Positions 8,146 to 18,156 of a stretch of 64,000 bases of DNA are shown piece by piece; within the stretch, counting starts at the first letter, position 1, and the number at the start of each line of letters is the position of its first letter. The notes below the pieces were generated by a model. That model saw only the letters and a program-made list of their open reading frames with translations. It ran no database searches and had not been told where the DNA came from. Position numbers and translations under genes: made by a program. The stretch is from Bacilli bacterium. GTDB lineage: Bacteria; Bacillota_I; Bacilli_A; RFN20; CAG-826. The stretch lies in the NCBI GenBank assembly GCA_041652475.1, contig JBAZHG010000003.1:4656-68655 (forward strand). The letters are read 5' to 3'.

Positions 8146-9417
8146 ATGAAAGAAGTCGCCCTCATCTTATTCCTCGTCACCTACGTCGCCTTGCTGTTAT
8201 TCCCGAAAATCCGGTCCTATATCGCCGGGGGCATGGCCGTCATCTTCGTGATTCTCGGCATCGTCGATTTCTTCGAAGTTTGGACCCTGGCCATCAATTG
8301 GAACGTCATCTTGATGATTGCCGGCACGATGATCGTCGTGTCGCTGTTCATCGAATCGAAGATGCCAGCGCTTTTGGCTGACCTCATCATCGAAAAAGCT
8401 CCTAACGTCAAATGGGCCGTCATCATGCTGGCGGTATTCGCCGGGCTCATCTCGGCTTTCGTCGACAACGTGGCCACGGTTCTCATCGTCGCCCCGATTG
8501 CCTTGACGATATCCAAAAGGATCAACGTCTCGCCGGTGGCCCCAATCATCGCCATTGCCGTCAGCGCCAACATCCAAGGCTTCGCCACTTTGGTCGGCGA
8601 CACCACTTCGATCATGCTCGGCGGCATCGCCGGGATGAACTTCACCGATTTCTTTTGGCTCCAAGGCAAACCCGGTCCTTTTTTCGCGGTACAACTCGGC
8701 GCTTTGATGACCGTCTTCGTGATGATGTTCATCTTCCGCAAGATGAAGCAACCGGTGTCGGTCACTGAACGGGCCCAGGTCAACGACTATGTTCCGACGG
8801 TCATGCTCCTCGGCATTATCGCCCTTCTGGTCGTAGCTTCGTTCATCCCCAATAAACCCGACATCACCAACGGGCTTATCACCATGGGCATGGGCCTCGT
8901 CGCCATCGTTTATAAAGCTTTTAAGACCAAATCACTCAAAGCGACGATGGCCGTCGTCAAGGAAATCGATTTTCACACCTTGGGCCTTTTGGCCGGCTTG
9001 TTCGTGTTGATCTACGGCATCACTCAAGTGGGCATCATCGACGACATCGCCGCTTTCTTCCTCAACGTGTCTGGCAATAACGTTTTTCTCATTTACACCT
9101 TGGTCGTCTTCGTCTCGGTCGGCTTGTCGGCCTTCATCGACAACATTCCCTACGTGGCGACGATGCTCCCGGTCATGCTAACCGTTTCCACGGCCATGGG
9201 CATCAATCCCCTGCTACTTTATTTTGGATTGTTGTGCGGGGCGACCCTGGGCGGCAATTTGACCCCGATCGGAGCCAGCGCCAACATCGCCGGCATCGGC
9301 ATCTTGCGCAAAAACGGCCATGAAGTCAAAGTGGTCGACTTCCTGAAAATCGGGGTTCCGATGACGCTGGCCGCCGTTTTGAGCGGATACGGCCTCTTGT
9401 GGCTGCTTTGGTCATAA
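8146..9417 (+). CDS. ArsB/NhaD-superfamily (SLC13-like) permease
   Basis: About 11 TM segments, with GDTTSIMLG and GGNLTPIGASANI motifs. The start could also be the TTG at 8119. Confidence 0.65.
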   Translation: MKEVALILFLVTYVALLLFPKIRSYIAGGMAVIFVILGIVDFFEVWTLAINWNVILMIAGTMIVVSLFIESKMPALLADLIIEKAPNVKWAVIMLAVFAGLISAFVDNVATVLIVAPIALTISKRINVSPVAPIIAIAVSANIQGFATLVGDTTSIMLGGIAGMNFTDFFWLQGKPGPFFAVQLGALMTVFVMMFIFRKMKQPVSVTERAQVNDYVPTVMLLGIIALLVVASFIPNKPDITNGLITMGMGLVAIVYKAFKTKSLKATMAVVKEIDFHTLGLLAGLFVLIYGITQVGIIDDIAAFFLNVSGNNVFLIYTLVVFVSVGLSAFIDNIPYVATMLPVMLTVSTAMGINPLLLYFGLLCGATLGGNLTPIGASANIAGIGILRKNGHEVKVVDFLKIGVPMTLAAVLSGYGLLWLLWS

Positions 9418-9425
9418 CGCGAATC

Positions 9426-9449
9426 GAACCGGCAAAAACCGGTTCTTTT
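9426..9449 (+). terminator. Rho-independent terminator
   Basis: gaaccgg-caaaaa-ccggttc hairpin followed by TTTT. Confidence 0.8.
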
Positions 9450-9555
9450 CATCTAGAGGTTCGGTCGCGTCCATCGAAGCATATTCAATAAGCCATCGAT
9501 TTATGGTTAAATTATTAAAGAGTCGATATCTAATCGAATTAAAGGAGACAACCCC

Positions 9556-10011
9556 ATGATCGTCAAATTAATGTCGGAGATGACGCTGGCTTTTTGCTTT
9601 GCCGAAGGCGAAAACGCCCGGCGCGACAACGAAAAGAAAATCCGGGATTTTTTAAGCGGCCACGGTCTCGATCCCGAGGCCACCAAACGTTATTTCTTTC
9701 GGATCAGCGTGACCCATGGCGACCATAAGCACGTCACTCATATGCGCTACGCCTTGGTCCCAGAAGGAACCACCGGTACCCGTGAGGTGGCCGTCGTCCA
9801 TTTGCCGGCCGGCGAATATTTGTCATTATCCATATCCAAAAAGGACTATGAAGACGAAGCCAACGCGGCCGATGAAAAAATCAGCCAAGCGGCCAAAACT
9901 TGGCTAGCCGAAAACAACAAGCGCTTCGATATGAAAAACGTCATCGGTTTGATCGAGGAGGATTTCGTCGACGGATACGAGATGTACAACTTGTATTTCC
10001 CGATTAAATAA
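9556..10011 (+). CDS. Small cytoplasmic protein, possibly GyrI-like / effector-binding fold
   Basis: 151-aa ORF with AAAGGAG upstream. It ends ...YEMYNLYFPIK as GyrI-like domains often do. The family call is weak. Confidence 0.35.
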   Translation: MIVKLMSEMTLAFCFAEGENARRDNEKKIRDFLSGHGLDPEATKRYFFRISVTHGDHKHVTHMRYALVPEGTTGTREVAVVHLPAGEYLSLSISKKDYEDEANAADEKISQAAKTWLAENNKRFDMKNVIGLIEEDFVDGYEMYNLYFPIK

Positions 10012-10018
10012 CACCCAT

Positions 10019-10729
10019 ATGCTGAAAATCACCCATTTTTCCAAGTCTTATCAAAAAGGCGTCAAGGCCTGCGACGATTTATCGCTCGAGATTGAAAAAG
10101 GCGACATCTTCGGATTCGTCGGCCACAATGGCGCCGGGAAGACCACCCTCTTGAAGTCGATCGCCGGAATCCTCGATTTCGAGGAAGGCGAGATTACCTT
10201 CGACGGCTATTCGATCAAGCGCGATCCGATGGAGTTCAAGAAGAGACTGGCTTACATTCCCGACAACCCCGACGTCTATGAGTCGCTGACCGGGATCCAA
10301 TATTTGAATTTCATCGGGGACGTGTACCAAGTCCCGCTTGAAAAGCGGCGCGCCTTGATCGAAGAGTACGCCAAGATGTTTGAAATCGAAGGGGTCCTGG
10401 CCAACCCGATGTCGAGCTATTCCCACGGCATGAAGCAAAAGCTCGTCCTGATCAGCGCCTTGATCCACGAACCGGAACTTTTGATTCTCGACGAACCGTT
10501 CGTCGGGCTCGATCCCAAGGCCAGTTTCCTCTTGAAAAAAGTCTTGAAGCAAATGTGTGCCCGCGGCATGGCGATTTTCTTTTCGACCCATGTGCTGGAA
10601 GTGGTCGAGAAACTGTGCAACAAGATCGCCATCATCAAAAAAGGCCGCCTCGTCGCCCAGGGGGCCACGAATGATTTGCTAAAAGACCAAAGCCTCGAAA
10701 GCATCTTCATGGAGATCAACCAAAACTGA
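10019..10729 (+). CDS. ABC transporter ATP-binding protein (ABC-2 type)
   Basis: Walker A GHNGAGKTT, signature YSHGMKQKL, Walker B LLILDEP. Confidence 0.9.
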   Translation: MLKITHFSKSYQKGVKACDDLSLEIEKGDIFGFVGHNGAGKTTLLKSIAGILDFEEGEITFDGYSIKRDPMEFKKRLAYIPDNPDVYESLTGIQYLNFIGDVYQVPLEKRRALIEEYAKMFEIEGVLANPMSSYSHGMKQKLVLISALIHEPELLILDEPFVGLDPKASFLLKKVLKQMCARGMAIFFSTHVLEVVEKLCNKIAIIKKGRLVAQGATNDLLKDQSLESIFMEINQN

Positions 10730-12345
10730 TGAAAGTCGCCGCGCTGTTACGGGTTTTGATCAAAGAAAACCTGTCACTGAAACGCCTGTTTGGCTTTGAC
10801 CCGCGCGAAAGCAAGGGCAAAACCATCGGTATTACCATCGCCATCATTTACGGGCTGGGGGCCGTTTTGTTCAGCACCGGGTTCATGTTTTTCGATTTGG
10901 GAACGACGCTTGCGAGCGTCAACCAGATTTCGATTCTCCTCAACTTTATGTACGTCTACGTGTTCGGCTTCACGGCCTTGATGACCTTGATTCGGGCCAA
11001 CGCCTATTTGTTCCAATACAAAGACTATTCGATCTTGGGGCCGCTTCCGATCAAGCCGGCCACGATCATGGTGAGCAAGCTCCTCTTGATGATGCTTTTC
11101 ATCGAAGTGCCGAACCTAATCATCATTTTGCCAATCGCCTTCAGTTATTTTTGGTTCGCGGGCGTGACCTTCGCCGGAATCGCATTTTTCCTTTTGGGTT
11201 TTATCTTGGTATCGCTATTACCAATCGTCTTGATGTCGTTTGTTTCATTCTTGATTGCGCGCATTACCGCCAGGATGCCCCACAAGAACATTATTTCGCT
11301 CGTGTTCATGATCGCTCTTTTGGCCGGATACCTCGTCTATTCGTTCACCTCGCTCGACCAGACGAACGCCAACCCGCTTTTGGCCCAAACCGATTTGATG
11401 GGTCAGTTGTCGGCCTTCCTGTGGCCGCTGGCCTGGTTCGTCAGAAGCATTCACGAACAAGCTTGGCTCGATTTTCTGTTTTTAGCCCTGAGCCATGCGG
11501 CGATATTCGCCCTGTTTTGTCTTTTAGTGGCCCGATTGGCCATCAAGACCAACCAACTCGGGCAAGTCGTGGTCACCAAAAAGAAAAAAGCCAACGGGAC
11601 GAAACCCGATTATCAAGTCATCACCCAGCCGGTCATCAAGACCTTGGTCATCAAGGAATGGCGCAAATTCATCGCCTCGCCGATTTATGCCATGAATAGC
11701 GGCATCGGGCTCGTAATGATGCTGATTTTCGCCGTAATCAGCCTCTTTTACCGCAAAGCTATCACCGATTTCATGCCGATGCTGGCCACCGAGGGCTTTT
11801 CAAGCGCCCTCTTGATCATCGTCTTCGTCGGGTTTTGCGACGTGATGGTCTACACCCCGGCTATCAGCCTCTCGCTCGAGGGCAAGAATTTTTGGATCGT
11901 CAAAAGCCTGCCCCTGCGGGCGGAGACCGTCATGAAAGCCAAAATCGGTTTCAACCTTTTGATCAGCGTCCCGGTTACCCTCGTGGCGGTGACCATCTTC
12001 GGGATTGCCTTCAGGTTGGCCTGGTACGAGGTCATCGCCTTATTGGTTTGGGGCGTCTCGATCATCGTGTTGTCATCGACCCTTGGCGCCGGTATCAATC
12101 TCCTCTTGCCCAAAATGACCTTCAATAACGAAATGGAGGTCGTCAAGCAAAGCTTGGCCGCCCTGGTCGCCGTCTTCGGCGGTTTCGCCCTGGTGGCCAT
12201 TAACGGCTTCGGGTATTATTTCCTCGACGCGGTCATCACTCCTTTATTGGCCCTTGGCGCCTTGATAATTTTTAACGGGGGAATCGGCCTGGCCGTCTAC
12301 GGGTGGATCAAAAAGAAAAGCGCTTATTACTTCGCCAAGATTTAA
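10729..12345 (+). CDS. ABC exporter permease, large polytopic
   Basis: 538 aa with at least 10 TM segments. Its start codon overlaps the stop of the ATPase gene. Confidence 0.7.
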   Translation: MKVAALLRVLIKENLSLKRLFGFDPRESKGKTIGITIAIIYGLGAVLFSTGFMFFDLGTTLASVNQISILLNFMYVYVFGFTALMTLIRANAYLFQYKDYSILGPLPIKPATIMVSKLLLMMLFIEVPNLIIILPIAFSYFWFAGVTFAGIAFFLLGFILVSLLPIVLMSFVSFLIARITARMPHKNIISLVFMIALLAGYLVYSFTSLDQTNANPLLAQTDLMGQLSAFLWPLAWFVRSIHEQAWLDFLFLALSHAAIFALFCLLVARLAIKTNQLGQVVVTKKKKANGTKPDYQVITQPVIKTLVIKEWRKFIASPIYAMNSGIGLVMMLIFAVISLFYRKAITDFMPMLATEGFSSALLIIVFVGFCDVMVYTPAISLSLEGKNFWIVKSLPLRAETVMKAKIGFNLLISVPVTLVAVTIFGIAFRLAWYEVIALLVWGVSIIVLSSTLGAGINLLLPKMTFNNEMEVVKQSLAALVAVFGGFALVAINGFGYYFLDAVITPLLALGALIIFNGGIGLAVYGWIKKKSAYYFAKI

Positions 12346-12383
12346 AAGCACAAAAGAAAACGCACTCTAATGAGTGAGTTTTT

Positions 12384-13064
12384 TCATGCCGTTTGGGTTT
12401 GTTCGGCTTCCGGATTGACGAAGGGATTGACGTCGTAGGGGACCGTTTTCCCGTACTTCCGATTCAGCTCGTAGACGTAGCGGTGGTTTTCCTCGAAGGC
12501 CGATTCGCCCATGAAGGGGTAGCGGACGCTGCGGATGCGGTTGTAACCCTTGTCGTAAGCGACCGTGAATTCAAGCGCGTCCAGCAAGGTGTCGAACAGG
12601 GCCAGGTTGGCGACCGTGATTCCCATCGTCAATTCAATCAAGTCGAAATCGTCTTTGTTCAGTAGATGGTAGGGCAGTTTCATGTCGAGGTGATAGCCGT
12701 CGATCAAACCTTCGAAGAAGAGCGTCTTCATTTTCGCAAGTTCGATGCCGGTCGTGTAGACGATGATCGGCTTGCGGGTCGCCGCTTTGACGGCTTGGAG
12801 GTCGCTTCGGAGGTCGTCGAGCGATCCCCGGAGGAACTCGCCTCCGCTGAAGACGACGTAGTCGAACAGGTCGTGCTGCTTCAAAATCGTGTCGATGACT
12901 TGATCGATGAGATAGGGGTCTTTCGGCGTCGCCTTGATTAGCGAATCGTAATTGAAGCAGCGGAAGCAGTGGAAAGCGCACCCGGTCAAGCCATGGATCA
13001 ACAGGACCGGATGGGCGGGAATCTCCGCTAGGGACAAAATGATTTTATTGTAATATTTGATCAT
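12384..13064 (-). CDS. nrdG: Anaerobic ribonucleoside-triphosphate reductase activating protein (radical SAM)
   Basis: Start taken at MIKYYNK. CxxxCxxC cluster present in GCAFHCFRCFN. Overlaps the nrdD stop by 20 nt. The longer track ORF is an out-of-context extension into nrdD. Confidence 0.85.
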   Translation of the reverse strand: MIKYYNKIILSLAEIPAHPVLLIHGLTGCAFHCFRCFNYDSLIKATPKDPYLIDQVIDTILKQHDLFDYVVFSGGEFLRGSLDDLRSDLQAVKAATRKPIIVYTTGIELAKMKTLFFEGLIDGYHLDMKLPYHLLNKDDFDLIELTMGITVANLALFDTLLDALEFTVAYDKGYNRIRSVRYPFMGESAFEENHRYVYELNRKYGKTVPYDVNPFVNPEAEQTQTA

Positions 13065-15027
13065 CGCGGACGACGGGAGCCACGTCTTCGATCGGGGACA
13101 GGGCGTCGGCTTCCTTAAAGCGGCGCCGGGCGGCCCAGTCGTGGCGCCGGGCTTTGCTCCAGAAGTTGTAGTCGCCTTTGTAATAGCCTTTTTCGTCGAT
13201 GCGGATATTCTTGCGGGCAATCATCCGGACATAGCCGATCACGCGGCTGTAGGTGGCGATGTCGTCGCTATGGCATAGCGGGCAGAATTCAATCGTCTTG
13301 GCGTCTTTGGCCACCAGTTTGGTCCCGCATGAGAGACAGCTGGTAATCGTCGGGGTCAAGGTCAAGTAGTTGATTGGCTTCTTGAAGATGTTTTGGAGGT
13401 AATTGGACAAGATTTCCGGTTCGATTTCCGATTCGATGAAGTGGTGGAGGATCGATCCCGAGGTGGCGTAGCCTTGGAATTCGGCCGCGTTTTCAATCTG
13501 CTTGGTGAAATCCTCTTCCGAGAAGGGGAGCATGCACCCGGAGGTCAAAAACACGTTGTCGTCGGCCCCTTGGACGAATATTTGCCGGCCGTTGGCCTTG
13601 GCCCATTTGACGTCGTTGCGGGCGAGTTTGATGCCGGCATTCTCGGCCGGGGCGTATTCGATCCCGCAGGCGACTTTGTCGCGAACGATGAATTCGTTGA
13701 TGACGCCGGTCATGTACTGCATCAATTCGTGGGCGTAGAACTTGCCGACCGGGTCGGACATGCCGCCCCGGTAGCCGGCGTTGATCAAACCCTCGTGCAT
13801 GCCGGTGACCGCAAAGACGTTGAAATAATTCTTGAGGTTTTCGTTCAAGGCGAAGAAAGTCGGATACAGTTCCCGGTGGTTCTCGACCCAAGCCCGTTTG
13901 GCCATGTGGCCTTCCTGCATCACTTCGAGATATTCGCGAATCTTGCTTCGGAGCAAGTCTTCGTCGTGGCCGAATTCAATCAGCATCCGGTTCATGTTCA
14001 GATTCAACACTTGGATGGCGCCGACGTTTCCAACCGAGGAGCCGAAGATGCCGCCGCCGGCCCGCGAGAGCACGCTTAAGTCGATGTTCAACCGGCAGCA
14101 TAGGCTCCGGGAAACGCTCGGATCCTTGCTTTTGATGTAGGGGTTCAAATGGGTATAGTATTTGTCGCGGAAGGGGGCCGTGCGGAAATTCTCGAAATAG
14201 ACCCCGCCCCATTGGTACATTTTCTTGAGCAGGTACAAGAACACGTCGTTGTGGAAATTGAACTGGTCGTCGATTTGGACGGTAATCAGCGGGAAGGTAA
14301 GCGGGATGCCGTTTTTGGTTCCTTTGGCCATCGCGTCGATGAAAGCGTAGTTGATGCGGTCAAAATAGACTGAGGGAATGTCGCTGTATTTGTAGGGCAT
14401 CCCTTCGCCGCCGATGACGACGTATTCGTTTTTGATTTCCTCCGAGGGTTTGCCGAATTCGAGGGTGCAGTTCGAAAAGGCCGATTCGCTCCCGGAGCGG
14501 AGCGGCAGGTTCAACTCATAAATGAGTTGGTACATCAGTTTGGTCAAGGTCTTATCGGTGTAAAATTGGCCGTTGCGCTCCTCTTCGTACAAGAAGGAGG
14601 CCAAGACGGTCGTCATCTGCGAGAGCATGACCGCTCCCGAGACTTGTTGGCTCATCAAAGTGACCATGTTCGAAAAATGCCGGATCAAGGTCGGAATCGA
14701 ACTGGCGGCGTCCGATTCGAGCATGTTCTTGGCGATGCTCGGGATTCCGCGGGTGGCGATGTCCTTGCAGGAAACCGATTGGCAATACGACGACAGTTGC
14801 TTGTCGTGGATGTAGATGACCCCGTCTTCATAAAGCTCGACCAGGCGTTTCGGCAAGATGTGGTTCATCAGGAATTCTTCCTCGGCCTTGTTGGAAATGT
14901 TCTTTCGTAGCAAGGGCAGCGAGTAGACGAAATTGGAGTTTTCCCGCTTCAGGTAGTCGGCCCGTTTATCGTCGTCGTTGCCGATGAATTTCAGGACTAG
15001 CTCATCGGTGGTTTTGAACATGGACAT
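13045..15027 (-). CDS. nrdD: Anaerobic ribonucleoside-triphosphate reductase (class III)
   Basis: 660 aa. C-terminal Zn-ribbon CLSCG...CPLCH and glycyl-radical motif SRVIGY. Confidence 0.92.
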   Translation of the reverse strand: MSMFKTTDELVLKFIGNDDDKRADYLKRENSNFVYSLPLLRKNISNKAEEEFLMNHILPKRLVELYEDGVIYIHDKQLSSYCQSVSCKDIATRGIPSIAKNMLESDAASSIPTLIRHFSNMVTLMSQQVSGAVMLSQMTTVLASFLYEEERNGQFYTDKTLTKLMYQLIYELNLPLRSGSESAFSNCTLEFGKPSEEIKNEYVVIGGEGMPYKYSDIPSVYFDRINYAFIDAMAKGTKNGIPLTFPLITVQIDDQFNFHNDVFLYLLKKMYQWGGVYFENFRTAPFRDKYYTHLNPYIKSKDPSVSRSLCCRLNIDLSVLSRAGGGIFGSSVGNVGAIQVLNLNMNRMLIEFGHDEDLLRSKIREYLEVMQEGHMAKRAWVENHRELYPTFFALNENLKNYFNVFAVTGMHEGLINAGYRGGMSDPVGKFYAHELMQYMTGVINEFIVRDKVACGIEYAPAENAGIKLARNDVKWAKANGRQIFVQGADDNVFLTSGCMLPFSEEDFTKQIENAAEFQGYATSGSILHHFIESEIEPEILSNYLQNIFKKPINYLTLTPTITSCLSCGTKLVAKDAKTIEFCPLCHSDDIATYSRVIGYVRMIARKNIRIDEKGYYKGDYNFWSKARRHDWAARRRFKEADALSPIEDVAPVVRDDQILQ

Positions 15028-15202
15028 GGTTTTGTCTCCTATTTATACGGCTTACTAAGCGAGCCCGAGGGTTAATTTGGGGTGGGAAAAACATCAAGGT
15101 ATCAAAGTGCCGCGTCGCAATATGTGACCGCAGGGGATGGCGCCAGCGGGGAGCTTTTCCACATTATCCACAATAAAAAATGTGAATACAAGCAAAAACG
15201 TT

Positions 15203-15218
15203 TTGTAAATGTTTACAA
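15203..15218. promoter_or_regulatory. Perfect 16-bp palindrome TTGTAAA-TG-TTTACAA, a candidate redox/anaerobic operator upstream of nrdD
   Basis: Seen directly. It resembles Rex (TTGTGAA-N4-TTCACAA) and Crp/Fnr half-sites, but the spacing differs from both. Confidence 0.4.
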
Positions 15219-15292
15219 GAAAACGGACCGAAAGACACCGTGAATTTTCATAGTCCTTTTTTAGTAGCAAATAAACTCGTTAAGGTCGGTCT

Positions 15293-15311
15293 TTTACTTT
15301 TGTAAAGTAAA
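15293..15311. promoter_or_regulatory. Perfect 8-3-8 inverted repeat TTTACTTT-tgt-AAAGTAAA in the nrdD / VIT1 divergent intergenic region
   Basis: Seen directly. AT-rich, and followed by TAAATAATTAGTAAT, which is Fur/PerR-box-like in composition. Confidence 0.35.
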
Positions 15312-15421
15312 TAATTAGTAATGTAAAAACCTCTTCAATCGGAGATGCTTTTTATGTGGGGCCAGTTTTTGGCCCGGCGCAGTATAATAAAGGCATCAAA
15401 CCAGACCGCGAGGACCCAAAC

Positions 15422-16318
15422 ATGAATAATTTATCCACCGTCTCCCCGGAAACCGTCAAACAGCTCTTGATCATGCAGCGGGACGAAGAAACCGCCCATC
15501 TGATTTACCGCTCGATCGCCAAACGCATCAAAGACGAGGCGAACCGGAGCATCGTCGAGAAAATATCCCAAGACGAGCTCGGCCACGCCCGGACGATTGA
15601 AAAGTTCACCAAGCGAAAAGTCAAACCCAAATGGGGCCAAGTGCGGTTTTTCGGCTTTTTGGCCCGGGTGTTCGGCTTCACCTTCGCCATCAAGATCATG
15701 GAAAAATCCGAAGACAAAGCCCAAATCGATTATGGGCGCGTCATCGAAGAAATCCCGGACATGGCCAAGATCCAAAAAGACGAAGAGGAGCATGAAGAAA
15801 AACTCATCGGCATGCTCAATGAGGAACGGCTTAATTTCGTCGGCTCGATCGTGCTCGGCATGAACGACGCCCTGGTGGAGCTCACCGGCGCCCTGGCCGG
15901 CTTGACCTTGGCCTTCAACGACATGAAAATCATGATCTTGTCGGGTCTTGTGACCGGCTTGTCGGCCTCCTTCTCGATGGCGGCGTCCGATTATCTTTCG
16001 GCTCGAGCCGAAAACGACCCCAAGGCCGGCCGCGGAGCCCTTTATACCGGCGGGACGTACTTGGTCACGGTTTTACTGCTGGTTCTGCCTTATTTATTGT
16101 TCTTGAACAGCACCAATCCCCAAGTCGACAAATGGATCGCCCTCGGGATCATGCTGACGACGGTCATCGTCATCATCGCCGGATTCAATTATTACTTGTC
16201 CGTCGTCAAAAATTATTCGTTTAAGAAACGGTTCCTCGAAATGGCGCTGATCAGCGTCGGGGTGGCCGGATTCGCCTTCTTAGTCAGCTTCTTACTTTCG
16301 CTCGCTCTTGGCATTTAG
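15422..16318 (+). CDS. VIT1/CCC1-family iron/manganese transporter with an N-terminal ferritin/rubrerythrin-like domain
   Basis: Three ExxH motifs (EETAH, DELGH, EEEHE), followed by GMNDALVELTGALAG and a TM bundle. Start taken at the ATG at 15422 (MNNLSTV). Confidence 0.8.
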   Translation: MNNLSTVSPETVKQLLIMQRDEETAHLIYRSIAKRIKDEANRSIVEKISQDELGHARTIEKFTKRKVKPKWGQVRFFGFLARVFGFTFAIKIMEKSEDKAQIDYGRVIEEIPDMAKIQKDEEEHEEKLIGMLNEERLNFVGSIVLGMNDALVELTGALAGLTLAFNDMKIMILSGLVTGLSASFSMAASDYLSARAENDPKAGRGALYTGGTYLVTVLLLVLPYLLFLNSTNPQVDKWIALGIMLTTVIVIIAGFNYYLSVVKNYSFKKRFLEMALISVGVAGFAFLVSFLLSLALGI

Positions 16319-16681
16319 CTTTTGACAGTCACGGCAGTACCCATAGATGGTCATGTCGTGATGGGTGATTTGAAAATGGTTTCGGGCCGCCGCTTGATGG
16401 GCCATGGCTTCTAGGCGGCAGTCGACCGGAACCATTTTTTGGCACGTAAGGCAAATCATGAAATGTCGATGCGGCTCCTTGTTGCGGTAGTAATAAGCCC
16501 GTCCTTCCATCACGCTTTGGCCGAGCCAGCCTTCTTGGTGGAAACGGTCGAGGTTACGATAGACGGTCGAGAGGTTCATGAACCCGTCGGGGAGCCGCTC
16601 GAGGAGCGATTCAGCGTTTAACGGCTTGTCGCCTTGGTCGAAGAGGTCCAACAACATTTTTCTTTGTCGTGTCAAACGCAT
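16292..16681 (-). CDS. zur: Fur-family metalloregulator, Zur-like
   Basis: 129 aa counted from MRLTRQRKMLLDLF. Winged-helix N-terminus, plus CLTC...and CRDC Cys pairs. Last gene of the znu operon, with AGGAG inside the end of znuB. Confidence 0.8.
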   Translation of the reverse strand: MRLTRQRKMLLDLFDQGDKPLNAESLLERLPDGFMNLSTVYRNLDRFHQEGWLGQSVMEGRAYYYRNKEPHRHFMICLTCQKMVPVDCRLEAMAHQAAARNHFQITHHDMTIYGYCRDCQKLNAKSERK

Positions 16682-16685
16682 GGTT

Positions 16686-17492
16686 TCATCTCCTAATGAA
16701 TAATTTTGCAAGCGAACTGACCAGCAAGGCCGCCGCGTAGGCGACGACGATGGTGGCCCCGACCGGCCAGCCAAGCGGATGGGCTATGAATATGCCGACG
16801 ATCACGATGACGATTGAAGAAAATAGACCGATGACAAGCGTGTTTTTGAAGCTGCGGCTCCATTGGCTCGCCAAAACGGCCGGGAAGATGGTCAAGGCCG
16901 AGATGAGCAAAACCCCGATCGTCCGCACCCCGATGACGATGAACAGGGCCGTCAAGGCCGCCAGGGCGTAATTGAGCCAAGCCACCTTGACGCGGCTGAA
17001 ACGGGCGTAATCCTGATCATAGGCGATGAGCAGGAGCGACCGGTAATTCCACAAGATGAAGACGGCGCTCAAGGCCATGACCACCAGCGAGACGATCAAC
17101 TCGGTGGCCGAAGCCGTGAAGATGTTCCCGACCAGCATGCTCTCGATCGAGATGTTGAAGCCTTGGCCGGTTTTGACCAAGATCAGCCCGATGGCGAAGG
17201 AGGTGGCCGAGACGAGCCCGATGGCGGCGTCGCCATTGATGTTTTTCTGGTTGGCCAAATATTTGATCACGAGGCTCGCGGCGACCACGAACGGGATGGC
17301 GATGAACAGCGGTTCGCTTTGAAGCAAGATGCCGAGGACAATCCCGGCGAAACTGATGTGGGCCAACCCGTCCCCGATCATGGCTTGATGGTTCAAAACC
17401 AAAAACGGGCTCAAGAGGCTGGCGGTGATTCCAAGCGCCAGGCCGATAACGAAGGCTTGCTGAATGAAGCCGTATTGAAGCAGGTCAAGCAT
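16686..17492 (-). CDS. znuB: Zinc/manganese ABC transporter permease
   Basis: Polytopic ZnuB/MntB-like sequence. The start at MLDLLQYGF overlaps the znuC stop. Confidence 0.85.
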   Translation of the reverse strand: MLDLLQYGFIQQAFVIGLALGITASLLSPFLVLNHQAMIGDGLAHISFAGIVLGILLQSEPLFIAIPFVVAASLVIKYLANQKNINGDAAIGLVSATSFAIGLILVKTGQGFNISIESMLVGNIFTASATELIVSLVVMALSAVFILWNYRSLLLIAYDQDYARFSRVKVAWLNYALAALTALFIVIGVRTIGVLLISALTIFPAVLASQWSRSFKNTLVIGLFSSIVIVIVGIFIAHPLGWPVGATIVVAYAAALLVSSLAKLFIRR

Positions 17493-18153
17493 GGTGATGG
17501 CCCTCATGTTCGAATTTGGCAAAATTCTCGAACAAGCCGCAGTAGCGGATTTCCTGATCGACGTACATGGTCCGATCGCTCCCCCGGGCGACGCCGGTCA
17601 AATCGTGGGTCACGTTGATGACGGTCGCCTGGCGATCGTGATGGATTTTCTTCAGCAAATCATAGAATTTTTCCCTAAACGAGGGGTCGAGGGACGAGAC
17701 CGGCTCGTCCAAAATGATAAGGCCCGGTTCCGAAATCAAGGCCCGGATGATGTAGACCCGTTGTTGCTGGCCGCCGGAAAGGACGTGCAGGCTTTCGTGG
17801 TATAAATGGCCGATTTCGAATTTATCGAGCCAGGTTTTGATCAACTTGACTTCTTCGGGGGTCGGTTTCAGCTTGGGATGGGGCAAACCGCTGTAGACGA
17901 CTTCGGCCACCGTCAAGGGCAGTTTCTGGTTGATGGCGGCTTTTTGAGGCAAGTAACCCATGGTGCAGGGTGTGCGCGATATCGTCCCTGAACTCGGGGC
18001 CAATAAATCGACCAGCAATTTGACAAGCGTCGTCTTGCCGGAACCGTTCGGCCCGACGACATGCATGAAATCGCCTTTTTTGATTTGAAAACTGATGTTT
18101 TTCAAAGCGTAGAAGGAACCGAATTTCACCGACACATTTTCAAAGGTAATCAT
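17485..18153 (-). CDS. znuC: Zinc ABC transporter ATP-binding protein
   Basis: GPNGSGKTT, LSGGQQQR, IILDEP, and a His-rich C-terminus EHEGHHHA. Confidence 0.9.
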   Translation of the reverse strand: MITFENVSVKFGSFYALKNISFQIKKGDFMHVVGPNGSGKTTLVKLLVDLLAPSSGTISRTPCTMGYLPQKAAINQKLPLTVAEVVYSGLPHPKLKPTPEEVKLIKTWLDKFEIGHLYHESLHVLSGGQQQRVYIIRALISEPGLIILDEPVSSLDPSFREKFYDLLKKIHHDRQATVINVTHDLTGVARGSDRTMYVDQEIRYCGLFENFAKFEHEGHHHA

Positions 18154-18156
18154 GTT

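Noticed and set aside
15100-15200. NrdR boxes upstream of nrdD (e.g. CACAATAAAAAATGTG at about 15169-15184, and GTCGCAATATGTGAC at about 15114-15128)
   Set aside because: The spacing between the CAC and GTG halves is 10 nt rather than the 8 nt of the 16-bp NrdR consensus. The second site is only a weak palindrome. The support is insufficient.
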